Below, piece after piece: positions 23,317-32,000 of a stretch of 32,000 nt of DNA. The translations under genes were made by a program, and so were the position numbers. The stretch comes from Gemmata obscuriglobus (lineage in GTDB: Bacteria > Planctomycetota > Planctomycetia > Gemmatales > Gemmataceae): assembly GCF_008065095.1 (NCBI RefSeq), contig NZ_CP042911.1, positions 4,500,001 to 4,532,000 of the forward strand. The letters run 5' to 3'. The notes below the pieces were generated by a model, which was not told where the DNA came from, did not search any database, and worked only from the letters and a program-made list of their open reading frames with translations. The first letter of the stretch is position 1; the number at the start of each line of letters is the position of its first letter.

Positions 23317-26300
23317 CTACTTCTTCTTAAACATCGTGTGGCCCGGGTCGCCACGACTGAGCATGTATGCGAGCAGGTCCAGCACCTCGTTTTCGTTCAG
23401 GTCGTTGAGTAGCTTTTCGGGCATCAGCGAAACGTTAGACGGCCGCACCTCTGCGACGTCCTCGCGCTTCAGCTCGATGACCTTGCTGGAATCCTCCGGA
23501 TTGGTGACGATCACGAGTTTCCCGCCCACCTCGCTGACGATCTTACCTGTGATGGTCTGCTCGTCGCCGGTGCGAATCACCGACGCCTTGTACTGGTCCG
23601 AAATCACCTTACTCGGCTCGACGATCGCCTCCGCCATGTCCTTCAGCCCGAACCGCCCCGCCGCCTGGGACAGGTCCGGCCCGGTAGCCCCGCCGTCGCC
23701 GCCGAACCGGTGACACACCACACACCGGGCCGCCGCGAACGAGCGCTCGCCGTTCTTGAAGTTGCGTCCACTCTTGAGCTTCTGTTCCAGCCCGACGAGT
23801 TCGGCAGTGGTCCATGCCCGGCCCGGGCCGACGGGCTTGGGCAGAACCGGCACCTTGTACGCCGGACGCAGGTTCGCGGCTTCGATCGCCAGCCGGTTGG
23901 CGTCGCCGGCGTTGGCGAACGCATCCTTTTCGATGTTGGTTAAGAACCCCTGGTAGCTCGCCCCGCCGTTCTTGGTGCGCGCCTCGGCTAGGAACCCGTA
24001 GTACGTCTTCCAGCGGTCGATGCTCCAACCAACGGTCGCGTTACGGAGGGTGAACAAGTACCACAGCTTCTGCTGGTCGGCTGAGTTCTTTATCAGGTTG
24101 GCCACGGTGCCGCCGTACCCGCGGTTGCGAAGGAGCAGTTCGTCCAGCCCTTCCTGGGTCAGCGGCTTCGACGGTTTCTTGAGTTCCGCGCACAGCCACT
24201 CGACAATCTTGGGGTGCTTGAGGTACACGAGCAGTTGGGCCAGTTCGCGGTTGACGGCGTCCGTTGGGCCGGGGAACAGCCCTTCGAGCTTCTGCCCGAC
24301 CGCGTTCGCGACGGCGTCGCTCGGCGCACCGGTGCGCAGGAACACGAGTTGATACGCCCGGAGCGCGTCGAGCACCTGCGGCTCGTTCAACTTCTGCGCC
24401 CAAAGCGCGTCCAAACCGGCCAGCAACCTCGGCTGAAGCGACTTGTCACCCTGGTGGGCCAAAGCGACGACGGCCGCGGTCACGGCGTCCGGCGGGCTGA
24501 GAGCGAGCGCCAGGTCCTGCCACTCCTTGACCGGTTGGTGCTCGAGCCCGACCCGCGCCGCGTACCGGACGAACCGGTCCTTGTGACCGAGCAGCGGGAT
24601 CAGGAACTCGGCCGCCTTCGCCGGGTCCGCAGCCGGCTTGTGATATTCTTCAGCCTGCTTCAGTAGCTTACGTTCTGGCGTTTCAGTCGTCTTGGCCTCG
24701 ACCGGTGCGGTCGGCTCGGAACCGGTGTACGTGACCCGGAACAACTCACTCTGCGTCCCGCGCCCGCCGATCGTGAAGTACATCGCCCCGTCGGCTTGGT
24801 TAATGACCACGTCGGTCAGCGGCAGCGGCGTGCGGCTCAGGAACTCTTCCTTGACGCCCTTGTAGGTCGCCCCGTTCGGCTCGGTGTGGATTGCGTACAT
24901 GGTGCCAAACGTCCAGTCACAAATGAACAGTGCCTTCTGGTATTTGGCCGGGAACTTCGCCCGGTACCCGAACTCGACACCGACCGGCGACCCCGGCCCG
25001 ATATCGGTCATCGCCGGGAGCGAATCGACGTAATAGGCGGGCCACTTCCCGGTACCAGAGCGCCAGCCAAGTTCGCTGCCGCTGGTGGCGTGGTTCACCC
25101 GCGTTGGGCGATACCACGGCATCCCCAAGTCCCACTCCATATCCGCGTCGTACACGAGCATCTCACCATCAGCGTTGAACGCGAAGTCGTACGGGTTACG
25201 GTAACCGGCGGTAAAGATCTCCCAGCTTTTGCCGTCGAGATCGGTTTTGGCGACGTACCCGCCAGGGGCCAAAATACCGCGGGCGTGGCCGTTCGCATCC
25301 CACTGCCGCGGCAGGATGTGGTCCTCGCTCCAGTTCTTGGGCAAGCGGCTGTGATCGAACTTCTCGGGCGGCTGCGTGTGGTTCCCGCAAATGACGTAGA
25401 GTGAGTTACGATCCGGCGCGAGCCGAATGCCATGCGGTCCGTGCTCACCGCCGCCCGAGAGCGCTTTAAGCTTTTCGACCTTATCGAGGGTGTCGTCGCC
25501 TTTGGACGACGACACACGGTACAGGCCACTTCCCGGCCCGCCGTTGCAGACCACGTACAGGATGTTCTTGTGCCACAGGAGCCCCTGCGCCCCGGTGACC
25601 TTGGCGGGGATCTTCTCGACCTTCGTCTCTTCGTCGGTGCCGATCTTGCCGGGCGTGATCCGAACCAGCCCAAGCCCGCCTTGGTCGCTGGCGATGAGCC
25701 GGCCCTTGTCGTCGGCAGTAAGGCAGACCCACGAGCCGAGTTGCTTCGCGGGGACTGTAAACAGTTTCTCGACTTTGAAGCCGGGCAACGCGACGAACGT
25801 GTTGGCGGGCACCTTCGATGCGGATTGCGTAACCGCGTTGTCGAACACCTTACCCCACGGCTGATCCCCGTAGGTGCCGATCTTCTTGGCCTTCGCGCCC
25901 GTGGCCCCCTTCTTCTCGGCTACAAGCCAGCTTTCGTCGCTGACGACGTACTTGGTGTTGCCCTTGTCGTCGGTGACTGCCAGCTTAAGAACGAACCCGG
26001 CCACTCCACCGGCGTTGCGCACCTCTGCTACGAGTTCGTTCTTCTCTTTCAAGAGTTTCGTTAGATCGGCCTCGGCGGGTTCCTGCCACTCGTCCGAGGC
26101 GGCGACCTGCGTCCCGTTCAGGAACAGGACGACGTGATTATCGGCCGAGGCCTTCACACGTGCGGCCTTCACGTTCGGCGCCGCAAACTCGGTGCGGAGC
26201 GTGTAGTTCTTGGTCGGTGTCGCGCCCCAAATCCAGAGCGGCGACGGACCGCCGTCGAACACCTTGGTCCAATCAGTCGCCGTCACATCGATCGGCGGCG

Positions 26301-26421
26301 GCTTCGGCACCTCGCCCCGTTCGATTACTCGTGCGACAACGGGCTTCTGCACAAACGGCTCCTCGGCGCGGGCGAGCGCCGCAGCACCGAACGCGAGGAG
26401 GATGAGCGTTACTGTTCGCAT
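23317..26421 (-). CDS. secreted PVC-type heme-binding CxxCH protein (N-terminal jelly-roll-like module, dehydrogenase-like beta-propeller, HEAT repeats, cytochrome c)
   Basis: From ATG 26421: signal peptide MRTVTLILLAFGAAALARA. FVALPGFKVEKLFTVP marks the start of the dehydrogenase-like domain. CVVCH is encoded at 23710-23724 (checked on the reverse complement). The C-terminal SLMPEKLLNDL...LLAYM segment is paralogous to the C-terminus of the 1415-aa protein. Confidence 0.85.
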   Translation of the reverse strand: MRTVTLILLAFGAAALARAEEPFVQKPVVARVIERGEVPKPPPIDVTATDWTKVFDGGPSPLWIWGATPTKNYTLRTEFAAPNVKAARVKASADNHVVLFLNGTQVAASDEWQEPAEADLTKLLKEKNELVAEVRNAGGVAGFVLKLAVTDDKGNTKYVVSDESWLVAEKKGATGAKAKKIGTYGDQPWGKVFDNAVTQSASKVPANTFVALPGFKVEKLFTVPAKQLGSWVCLTADDKGRLIASDQGGLGLVRITPGKIGTDEETKVEKIPAKVTGAQGLLWHKNILYVVCNGGPGSGLYRVSSSKGDDTLDKVEKLKALSGGGEHGPHGIRLAPDRNSLYVICGNHTQPPEKFDHSRLPKNWSEDHILPRQWDANGHARGILAPGGYVAKTDLDGKSWEIFTAGYRNPYDFAFNADGEMLVYDADMEWDLGMPWYRPTRVNHATSGSELGWRSGTGKWPAYYVDSLPAMTDIGPGSPVGVEFGYRAKFPAKYQKALFICDWTFGTMYAIHTEPNGATYKGVKEEFLSRTPLPLTDVVINQADGAMYFTIGGRGTQSELFRVTYTGSEPTAPVEAKTTETPERKLLKQAEEYHKPAADPAKAAEFLIPLLGHKDRFVRYAARVGLEHQPVKEWQDLALALSPPDAVTAAVVALAHQGDKSLQPRLLAGLDALWAQKLNEPQVLDALRAYQLVFLRTGAPSDAVANAVGQKLEGLFPGPTDAVNRELAQLLVYLKHPKIVEWLCAELKKPSKPLTQEGLDELLLRNRGYGGTVANLIKNSADQQKLWYLFTLRNATVGWSIDRWKTYYGFLAEARTKNGGASYQGFLTNIEKDAFANAGDANRLAIEAANLRPAYKVPVLPKPVGPGRAWTTAELVGLEQKLKSGRNFKNGERSFAAARCVVCHRFGGDGGATGPDLSQAAGRFGLKDMAEAIVEPSKVISDQYKASVIRTGDEQTITGKIVSEVGGKLVIVTNPEDSSKVIELKREDVAEVRPSNVSLMPEKLLNDLNENEVLDLLAYMLSRGDPGHTMFKKK

Positions 26422-26507
26422 GACAAGAATCTCGGAAAAAAGAAATACAGCCGGGTCTTGCGGTTCCACGGCTCGCGACTCTGCTCAGCGGCTCACACCG
26501 CCGGCAG

Positions 26508-27995
26508 TCACGCGAGAACGCCCTTCACAACGTTGCCGTGAACGTCGGTGAGACGGTAATCGCGGCCCTGGAACCGGTAAGTCAACCGGGTGTGATCGAA
26601 CCCGAGGCAGTGCATGAGGGTGGCTTGCAGGTCGTGAATGTGGACCTCGTCCCGCACGACCTTGAACCCGAGTTCGTCACTCTCACCGTGGGTGTGGCCG
26701 GCCTTGATACCACCCCCAGCAAGCATTAGCGAAAACGCGTCAGGGTAGTGGTCGCGGCCGAGCACCTTCCCGCCGGCGGTCCGGCCCTCGCGGAACGGCG
26801 TGCGGCCGAACTCACCGCCCCACACCACCAGTGTGTCTTTAAGCAGGTCCCGACTCTTCAGGTCGGAAATGAGTGCGGCAACGGCTTGTGCCGTCACGGT
26901 GCCCTTCTTGGTCAAACCGTCCCGGATGTCCTCGTTCGGGTTGGTGCCGTGAAAGTCCCACCCCCAGTCGAAGAGCTGCACGTAGCGCACACCCTGTTCG
27001 ACGAGCCGGCGGGCGAGCAGACAGTTGTTCGCGAAACTGCCGGCCCCGGGCTTGGCGCCGTAGGCGTCGAGCACCTTTTGCGACTCTTTCGAGATGTCCA
27101 TCACCTCGCTGGCCGAGAGCTGCATTCGAAACGCGAGTTCGTATTGCGAGATGCGGGTTCGCGTCTCCGGATGGCCGAGTTCCGCCTCCTGGAGTTCGTT
27201 AAGATCTTTCATCGCGTCGAGGCCGAGCCGGCGCATGTCGCGGTCGAGGCCGGGCGGGTCGCTGAGGTACAGCACCGGTTCGCCCTTGCTGCGGCACTGC
27301 ACCCCCTGGAACACGCTCGGCAGGAACCCGCTACCCCAGCACCCCTGCCCGCCGCTCGGCTGCACCCCGCTGGAGATCAGCACCACGAACCCCGGCAGGT
27401 TCGCGCTCTCGCTCCCCAGACCGTAGCAGGTCCAGGCGCCCAGGCTGGGGCGCCCCTGCCGCGCGAACCCCGTGTACAGAAGCAGCTCAGCGGGCGCGTG
27501 GTTGAACTCGTCGGTCTTCATCGACCGGATCACGGTCACGTCGTCCGCGACCGCGTGCAAAGGCTTGATCGCGTCCGACATCCAGATCCCGGATTTGCCG
27601 TGTTGTTTGAACGGCTGCCGTGTGCCGAGCAGTTTGGGCACGCCGCTGGTGAACGCGAACCGCTTGCCCTTGAGGTACTCGTCGGGACACTCTTGGCCGT
27701 CGTGCTTCTGCAACGCAGGCTTGTAATCGAACAGATCCAGGTGCGGCGGCGCGCCCGACATGTGCAGGTAGATCACCCGCTTCGCCGAAGCTGCAAAGTG
27801 AGGATCCTTCGGCGCGAGTGGGTTCTCGACTTTCGGCCCCTCCGCGCGGCCGTCGTTCAGGAGCGAAGAGAGTGCGAGCGCACCCAACCCCAAAGACGAG
27901 GTGTGAAGGAAGTTGCGGCGCGTCTGGTGCAGCAGGCGTTCGGTGCGGGGGTGCAAGAGTCGACCCTCGGAATGTGTTGCGGCGGCGGCCGGCAC
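26508..27995 (-). CDS. DUF1501 domain protein (sulfatase/alkaline-phosphatase-fold), Tat-signal bearing
   Basis: Twin-arginine signal TRRNFLHTSSLGLGALAL. DUF1501-typical VIYLHMSGAPPHLDLFDYKP and WGGEFGRTP. Its start lies 3 nt downstream of the PSD1 stop. Confidence 0.9.
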   Translation of the reverse strand: MPAAAATHSEGRLLHPRTERLLHQTRRNFLHTSSLGLGALALSSLLNDGRAEGPKVENPLAPKDPHFAASAKRVIYLHMSGAPPHLDLFDYKPALQKHDGQECPDEYLKGKRFAFTSGVPKLLGTRQPFKQHGKSGIWMSDAIKPLHAVADDVTVIRSMKTDEFNHAPAELLLYTGFARQGRPSLGAWTCYGLGSESANLPGFVVLISSGVQPSGGQGCWGSGFLPSVFQGVQCRSKGEPVLYLSDPPGLDRDMRRLGLDAMKDLNELQEAELGHPETRTRISQYELAFRMQLSASEVMDISKESQKVLDAYGAKPGAGSFANNCLLARRLVEQGVRYVQLFDWGWDFHGTNPNEDIRDGLTKKGTVTAQAVAALISDLKSRDLLKDTLVVWGGEFGRTPFREGRTAGGKVLGRDHYPDAFSLMLAGGGIKAGHTHGESDELGFKVVRDEVHIHDLQATLMHCLGFDHTRLTYRFQGRDYRLTDVHGNVVKGVLA

Positions 27996-27998
27996 GGA

Positions 27999-30341
27999 TC
28001 AGCGTTTCAGCAGCATCTCGTCAAGGTTCAAAATCACGTTCGCGACCACCGTCCACGCGGCCGCGTCACACGGGTCACTGCCCTTCGGAAGCGGGCCGAG
28101 CGGGTTGGTCGCGAACTGCACCGCCTTTGCCGGCTCTTTCGCGAACCTGAATTTTGCTTCATCGTACAACTTCACTAGCCGAACGATCTCGGGGTCGGAC
28201 GGCGGCCGCACGAGACATGCTCGAAACGCGAACGATGCCCTCTCCGCGTCCGTCTTCCCGCCCTTCTCCATCACCCGGCGGGCGAGCGCCTGAGCCGCTT
28301 CGACGTAAACCGGGTCGTTCATGGTCACGAGCGCCTGGAGCGGCGTGTTGGTTCGCGCGCGGCGCACGACGCAAGTGTCGCGATTCGGGGCATCGAACGT
28401 GGAGAGCGACGGGTACGGGTTGGACCGCCGCCACTGGGTGTAAACGCCGCGGCGGTACTTGTCCTCGCCTGCGCTAGTTTGCCAGTCAATGGACCCGCCG
28501 AACGCGGCGCTCAGGCCCAGGTTCGGCTGCTGCGGCCGGACCGACGGCCCCAGCATTTTCGAGCTGAGCAGCCCGGCGGCAGACAGCGCCTGGTCGCGTA
28601 CCATCTCGGCCGTCAGCCGGACCCGTGGTCCGCGCGCGAGCAACCGGTTGTCGGGGTCGCGCTCGTACAGCCACCCAGTGACCTTCGAGGATTGCTGATA
28701 CGCGGCAGATGTCACCAGCAGTTTCAAAAACGCCTTCAGATCCCACTTCTGTGCCACCAACTCGGTGGCGAGCCAGTCGAGCAGCTCGGGGTGGCTCGGG
28801 AGCTCGCCCTGAGCCCCAAATTCTTCCGTGGTGCGGACGATGCCCGTACCGAAAATCTGCTCCCAGAAGCGGTTGGCCATCACCCGCGCGGTCAGCGGGT
28901 TCTCAGCGCCGATGAGCCAATATGCGAACCCCAGGCGGTTCTTCGGAGCGCCTGTCGGGTAAGGGTGCAGGGCCGCGGGCGTGCCCTCGGTCACCTCGTC
29001 GCCGAGGTCCAGGAAGTTGCCGCGAAACTGGAGCCGCGTTTTCCGCCTCTGGGTACCGGACAGTTCCTTGAGTACCGGCACCGTGCTTTCGGGTCTGAGG
29101 GTCGCAAGTTCCTTCTTGAGTGCGGCGAGCGCGTCGCGTTGTGACTTGAGCTCCTCCGGCTTTTTGCCCTTTAGCGCCGCCTCGAGCTCTGCGACCTGCT
29201 TTTCCACCGCAGTCCTCTTCGCGAGCACCCCATCGGCCCAGAACGGCAGCACCGGACTTTCGTCCGCCCGGTCGGCGTCGGCGGTGTTGTTGAAGAACGC
29301 GAACGAGCGGAAATACTCGGTCTGGCTGAGCGGGTCGTACTTGTGCGTGTGGCATTGAGCGCACCCCATCGAGGTGCCCATCCACACCATGTACGTGGTG
29401 TTGACACGGTCCACCACCGCGACGTTGCGGAACTCCTCGTCGTTGGTTCCGCCCTCGCTGTTGGTCATCGTGTTGCGGTGGAACGCCGTCGCGATGAGTT
29501 GCTCAGGAGTGGGATTCGGCAGCAGGTCCCCTGCAAGCTGCTCAACCGTGAACTGGTCCAGCGGCTTGTTCGCGTTGAAGCTCTGGATGACGTAGTCGCG
29601 GTACTTCCAGATCGTGCGCAGCGGGTCGTCGGCGTACCCGGCGCTGTCGGCGTATCGCGCCAGGTCGAGCCACATCCGCGCCCAGTGCTCGCCAAACGCG
29701 GGTTTGGCCAGCAGCTTCTCCACCAGCCTCTCATACGCCCCCGCGGTGTCGTCTTTCAGAAACGCGTCGAGTTCATCGGGGGTGGGCGGCAGGCCCGTCA
29801 GGTCAAGTGCGACGCGACGAGCGAGCGAGTACTTGTCGGCCCGCAACGCGGGTTCGAGCTTCTCGGCTTCAAGCCGGGCGAACAGAAACGCGTCCACGGG
29901 GTTGACCGTGGGGAACTTGGTTTTGGGCACCTCGGGCCGCACCGGAGGTACATACGCCCAGTGCGTCGCGTAGCTGGCTCCCTCTCTGACCCACTGCTTC
30001 AGCACACCAATTTCACGATCGCTCAGTTTCTTACCCGTTTTAACGGGTGGCATCACGCTCGCGTCGTCGGGGCTTGCCAGCACGCGCACGATCAGTTCGC
30101 TGGAATCCGGTTTGCCGACGACGATGGAGGTCTCATGCGCGCCGTCCTTGGTGTCGAGGCGTAACCGGCCCTTGCGGGTCTTTTCGTCCGGCCCGTGGCA
30201 CTGCAAGCAGTTGTTCGACAGGATCGGCCGCACGTCGCGATTGTAGTCGATCTTAGCAGGTATGGGTTGCGCCTGGGCCGAGTGGGCGACGAGCGCAACC
30301 GCCACGAGAGCGAGTCCGAAGCGACCGGTGAGGAAACGCAC
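27999..30341 (-). CDS. PSD1-type protein: planctomycete cytochrome c domain plus DUF1549 plus DUF1553
   Basis: Signal peptide [24 protein letters not shown]. PSCyt-type [27 protein letters not shown]1549-type [14 protein letters not shown]1553-type C-terminal region ([23 protein letters not shown]). Confidence 0.9.
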   Translation of the reverse strand: MRFLTGRFGLALVAVALVAHSAQAQPIPAKIDYNRDVRPILSNNCLQCHGPDEKTRKGRLRLDTKDGAHETSIVVGKPDSSELIVRVLASPDDASVMPPVKTGKKLSDREIGVLKQWVREGASYATHWAYVPPVRPEVPKTKFPTVNPVDAFLFARLEAEKLEPALRADKYSLARRVALDLTGLPPTPDELDAFLKDDTAGAYERLVEKLLAKPAFGEHWARMWLDLARYADSAGYADDPLRTIWKYRDYVIQSFNANKPLDQFTVEQLAGDLLPNPTPEQLIATAFHRNTMTNSEGGTNDEEFRNVAVVDRVNTTYMVWMGTSMGCAQCHTHKYDPLSQTEYFRSFAFFNNTADADRADESPVLPFWADGVLAKRTAVEKQVAELEAALKGKKPEELKSQRDALAALKKELATLRPESTVPVLKELSGTQRRKTRLQFRGNFLDLGDEVTEGTPAALHPYPTGAPKNRLGFAYWLIGAENPLTARVMANRFWEQIFGTGIVRTTEEFGAQGELPSHPELLDWLATELVAQKWDLKAFLKLLVTSAAYQQSSKVTGWLYERDPDNRLLARGPRVRLTAEMVRDQALSAAGLLSSKMLGPSVRPQQPNLGLSAAFGGSIDWQTSAGEDKYRRGVYTQWRRSNPYPSLSTFDAPNRDTCVVRRARTNTPLQALVTMNDPVYVEAAQALARRVMEKGGKTDAERASFAFRACLVRPPSDPEIVRLVKLYDEAKFRFAKEPAKAVQFATNPLGPLPKGSDPCDAAAWTVVANVILNLDEMLLKR

Positions 30342-30501
30342 GGTTTGCCCTCAGCAGAAAAACACAGAACGACCGCAGGTTGGTCGAGGAGGTGGGCTCG
30401 GTCCGAGTAATCAGAGAAGTGTACCCGGCGGCGCGGGCCGCGCGGAAACAAAAAATACCCCGGCCGGAACGGTCTGAGGGCACAGCCGCACAGGAAAGCA
30501 G

Positions 30502-31836
30502 TTACTGCGGATACGGAGGCGGGGTCCAGCTCGGACGGAACAGTTCCTGTTTGTGTCGGGATTTGTGGAACGCTTCAGCAAGAAACAGTATCGATCGGCA
30601 CCGCGCGCGGAACGCCGGCAGGACCGCTTCACCCTTCGCACCGGGCGATCCGACCAGTTTGGCGAGCTGCGCGTGCGCGTCGTAATCCGCAGGGGTGTTA
30701 TGGGCACGCATCCCGTCAAGGAGCTGGCTTTCCAGTTGCGTGAACTTTTCCAGCACATCGGGGGTCACGTCGCAGTCGTGCGACCTGTAGACGTGCAGTT
30801 CACGAGGCGCCAGGTCGGCGGCAATATCCCCGGTGCCGGGAGGCTCTTCTTTCTGCATGTGCACCGCCAACCCGACGAGACCGACCACGATCAGCAGTGC
30901 GGCAAGGACGAAGAGAACTGCCGCGCCGGGAACAGCACCCAATTGCAGAGCCAGCGACAGAAGTGCCAGGCCTACCCCGCCACCCAAGACCGTAAACGAC
31001 CAGTGGACCCGCCGGCTCCAAGCCGACCACAGCCGCGCCGGGAGGCTCGGGCGCGCGGACCGCCCCCCGCCCCCACCCCCGCCGGGCACCTGAACGATCA
31101 AAACAGTGATGTTGTCTGGGCCGCCACGCAGGTTCGCGAGGTGAACCAGGAAGCGCACCGCCTCGTCCGGCGGGAGCGCAGAGACGACCGCCCCAACCTC
31201 CTGCGGCGTCACCACCCCCGTGAGGCCGTCACTGCACAGCAGGAAGGTGTCCCCGGGCTCAACCGGATACGGCCCTTCGATGTCGACTTCCACCTCGCGA
31301 TCAGGGCCGAGCGAGCGGATGATCACGTTCTTTTTGAAATCGCCGAGTTCGTCGGGGTCAACACCCTGTCGTTTAGCGATCTCCCACACCCAGGAGTGAT
31401 CGAACGTCAATTGCTCCGCCCGCCCCCCGCGGATGCGGTAAGCCCTACTGTCGCCGACGTGGCCGATCCAGGCCCCCTCGGGCCGGAGCACCAAGGCGGT
31501 ACTGGTCGTTCCCAGCCCGCGGAACTCGGGGTTCTGCTGGCCGATCTCGTGAATCCCCGAGTTCGCTTCTTGGAACGCGCGGCGCAAGGCGGGAAGCGCC
31601 CCCCCGTCGCGGGCGTGCTTGGCGTATAGGAACGGGATGTCTCGGGCGGCTTTCGCGCTGGCCTTCTCCCCCACCGCGTGCCCGCCCATGCCGTCGGCGA
31701 CTACGAACACATGACCCTGGGCTGCGAACCCGGCCACGTCTACGGCCGGTTGCGCAGCGCACGCGTCCTGGTTGTGGCTGCGCTTGACGCCCACGTCGGT
31801 CAGTGCCGCGTATCGGACAGGTTCAAACGCCGCCAC
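30502..31836 (-). CDS. PP2C-family serine/threonine phosphatase with hydrophobic hairpin and C-terminal extension
   Basis: PP2C motifs DVGVKRSHNQDA, VVADGMGGHAVGEKAS, HVGDSRAY, LLCSDGL and GGPDNITVLIV. A Gly7 linker follows, then two hydrophobic segments, then a tail of about 110 aa. GTG start. Confidence 0.9.
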   Translation of the reverse strand: MAAFEPVRYAALTDVGVKRSHNQDACAAQPAVDVAGFAAQGHVFVVADGMGGHAVGEKASAKAARDIPFLYAKHARDGGALPALRRAFQEANSGIHEIGQQNPEFRGLGTTSTALVLRPEGAWIGHVGDSRAYRIRGGRAEQLTFDHSWVWEIAKRQGVDPDELGDFKKNVIIRSLGPDREVEVDIEGPYPVEPGDTFLLCSDGLTGVVTPQEVGAVVSALPPDEAVRFLVHLANLRGGPDNITVLIVQVPGGGGGGGRSARPSLPARLWSAWSRRVHWSFTVLGGGVGLALLSLALQLGAVPGAAVLFVLAALLIVVGLVGLAVHMQKEEPPGTGDIAADLAPRELHVYRSHDCDVTPDVLEKFTQLESQLLDGMRAHNTPADYDAHAQLAKLVGSPGAKGEAVLPAFRARCRSILFLAEAFHKSRHKQELFRPSWTPPPYPQ

Positions 31837-32000
31837 GACTCACCTCACGAAGGTTCTTCACCCATCCTACGCCATCGGCGGTAACAATGCTGCCCCCGCA
31901 GCAGAAATCCGCGCTGCGGGTGGAGTTGACCGCTCACGGGCGAAGCGTTATGCCGGGCGACTCATCACGGCTCACGAACGGGTACGGGCGAACGAAGGGG

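Noticed and set aside
31934-32000. Possible 3' end of another minus-strand gene entering from the window edge (frame reads ...PFVRPYPFVSRDESPGITLRP*), followed by an 8-bp hairpin CCCGCAGC/GCTGCGGG at 31895-31920
   Set aside because: Only 22 codons are visible and there is no motif, so the gene cannot be called. The hairpin has no U-tract and could be either a terminator or a leader structure for the PP2C gene.
1-32000. Search for CRISPR arrays, transposases or integrases, tandem or long direct repeats, rRNA, and toxin-antitoxin or known defence genes
   Set aside because: None was found on visual inspection. The only internal similarity is protein-level paralogy between the two heme megaproteins, and the only repeats are short hairpins.

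Overview
High-GC (roughly 60-65% by eye) bacterial chromosomal segment. Its gene content points to Planctomycetota, probably a Gemmata-like lineage: PSD1 (DUF1549/DUF1553) plus DUF1501 pair, two PVC-type heme-binding CxxCH megaproteins, LpxI-type lipid A pathway, Ser/Thr kinase and PP2C phosphatase. I call 22 CDS, packed densely and apparently organised in a few long co-directional strings. All family assignments are from motif recognition by eye, not from searches.

Plus strand:
- accA, truncated at the window edge.
- A tightly spaced six-gene string at 1056-7447: Gfo/Idh/MocA oxidoreductase, KptA, class-III aminotransferase, orphan ABC-3 metal permease, PF03773 permease, TIGR03943 partner. 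An AT-rich island with Fur-family-box-like motifs precedes it.
- A DUF1415 protein.

Minus strand:
- Ser/Thr kinase, DMT transporter, ceramidase-like protein, and a 1415-aa ceramidase-like/dehydrogenase/HEAT/cytochrome c fusion.
- lpxD, lpxI, and a GH10-like TIM-barrel protein with a degenerate acid/base motif.
- Radical SAM (TIGR03960-like), a small LTXXQ exported protein, and a 124-aa unknown.
- PP2C phosphatase, PSD1, DUF1501, and a second PVC-type heme protein.

I found no rRNA, tRNA, CRISPR array, transposase, integrase or obvious prophage or defence genes. The many long ORFs antisense to these genes look like high-GC artefacts.

No single unmistakable novel system stands out. The best candidates are:
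- the translationally coupled ceramidase-like pair with its redox-chassis fusion;
- the possibly Zur/Fur-controlled mixed enzyme and metal-permease operon;
- the degenerate GH10-like protein downstream of lpxD-lpxI;
- the PSD1-DUF1501-heme protein triad.
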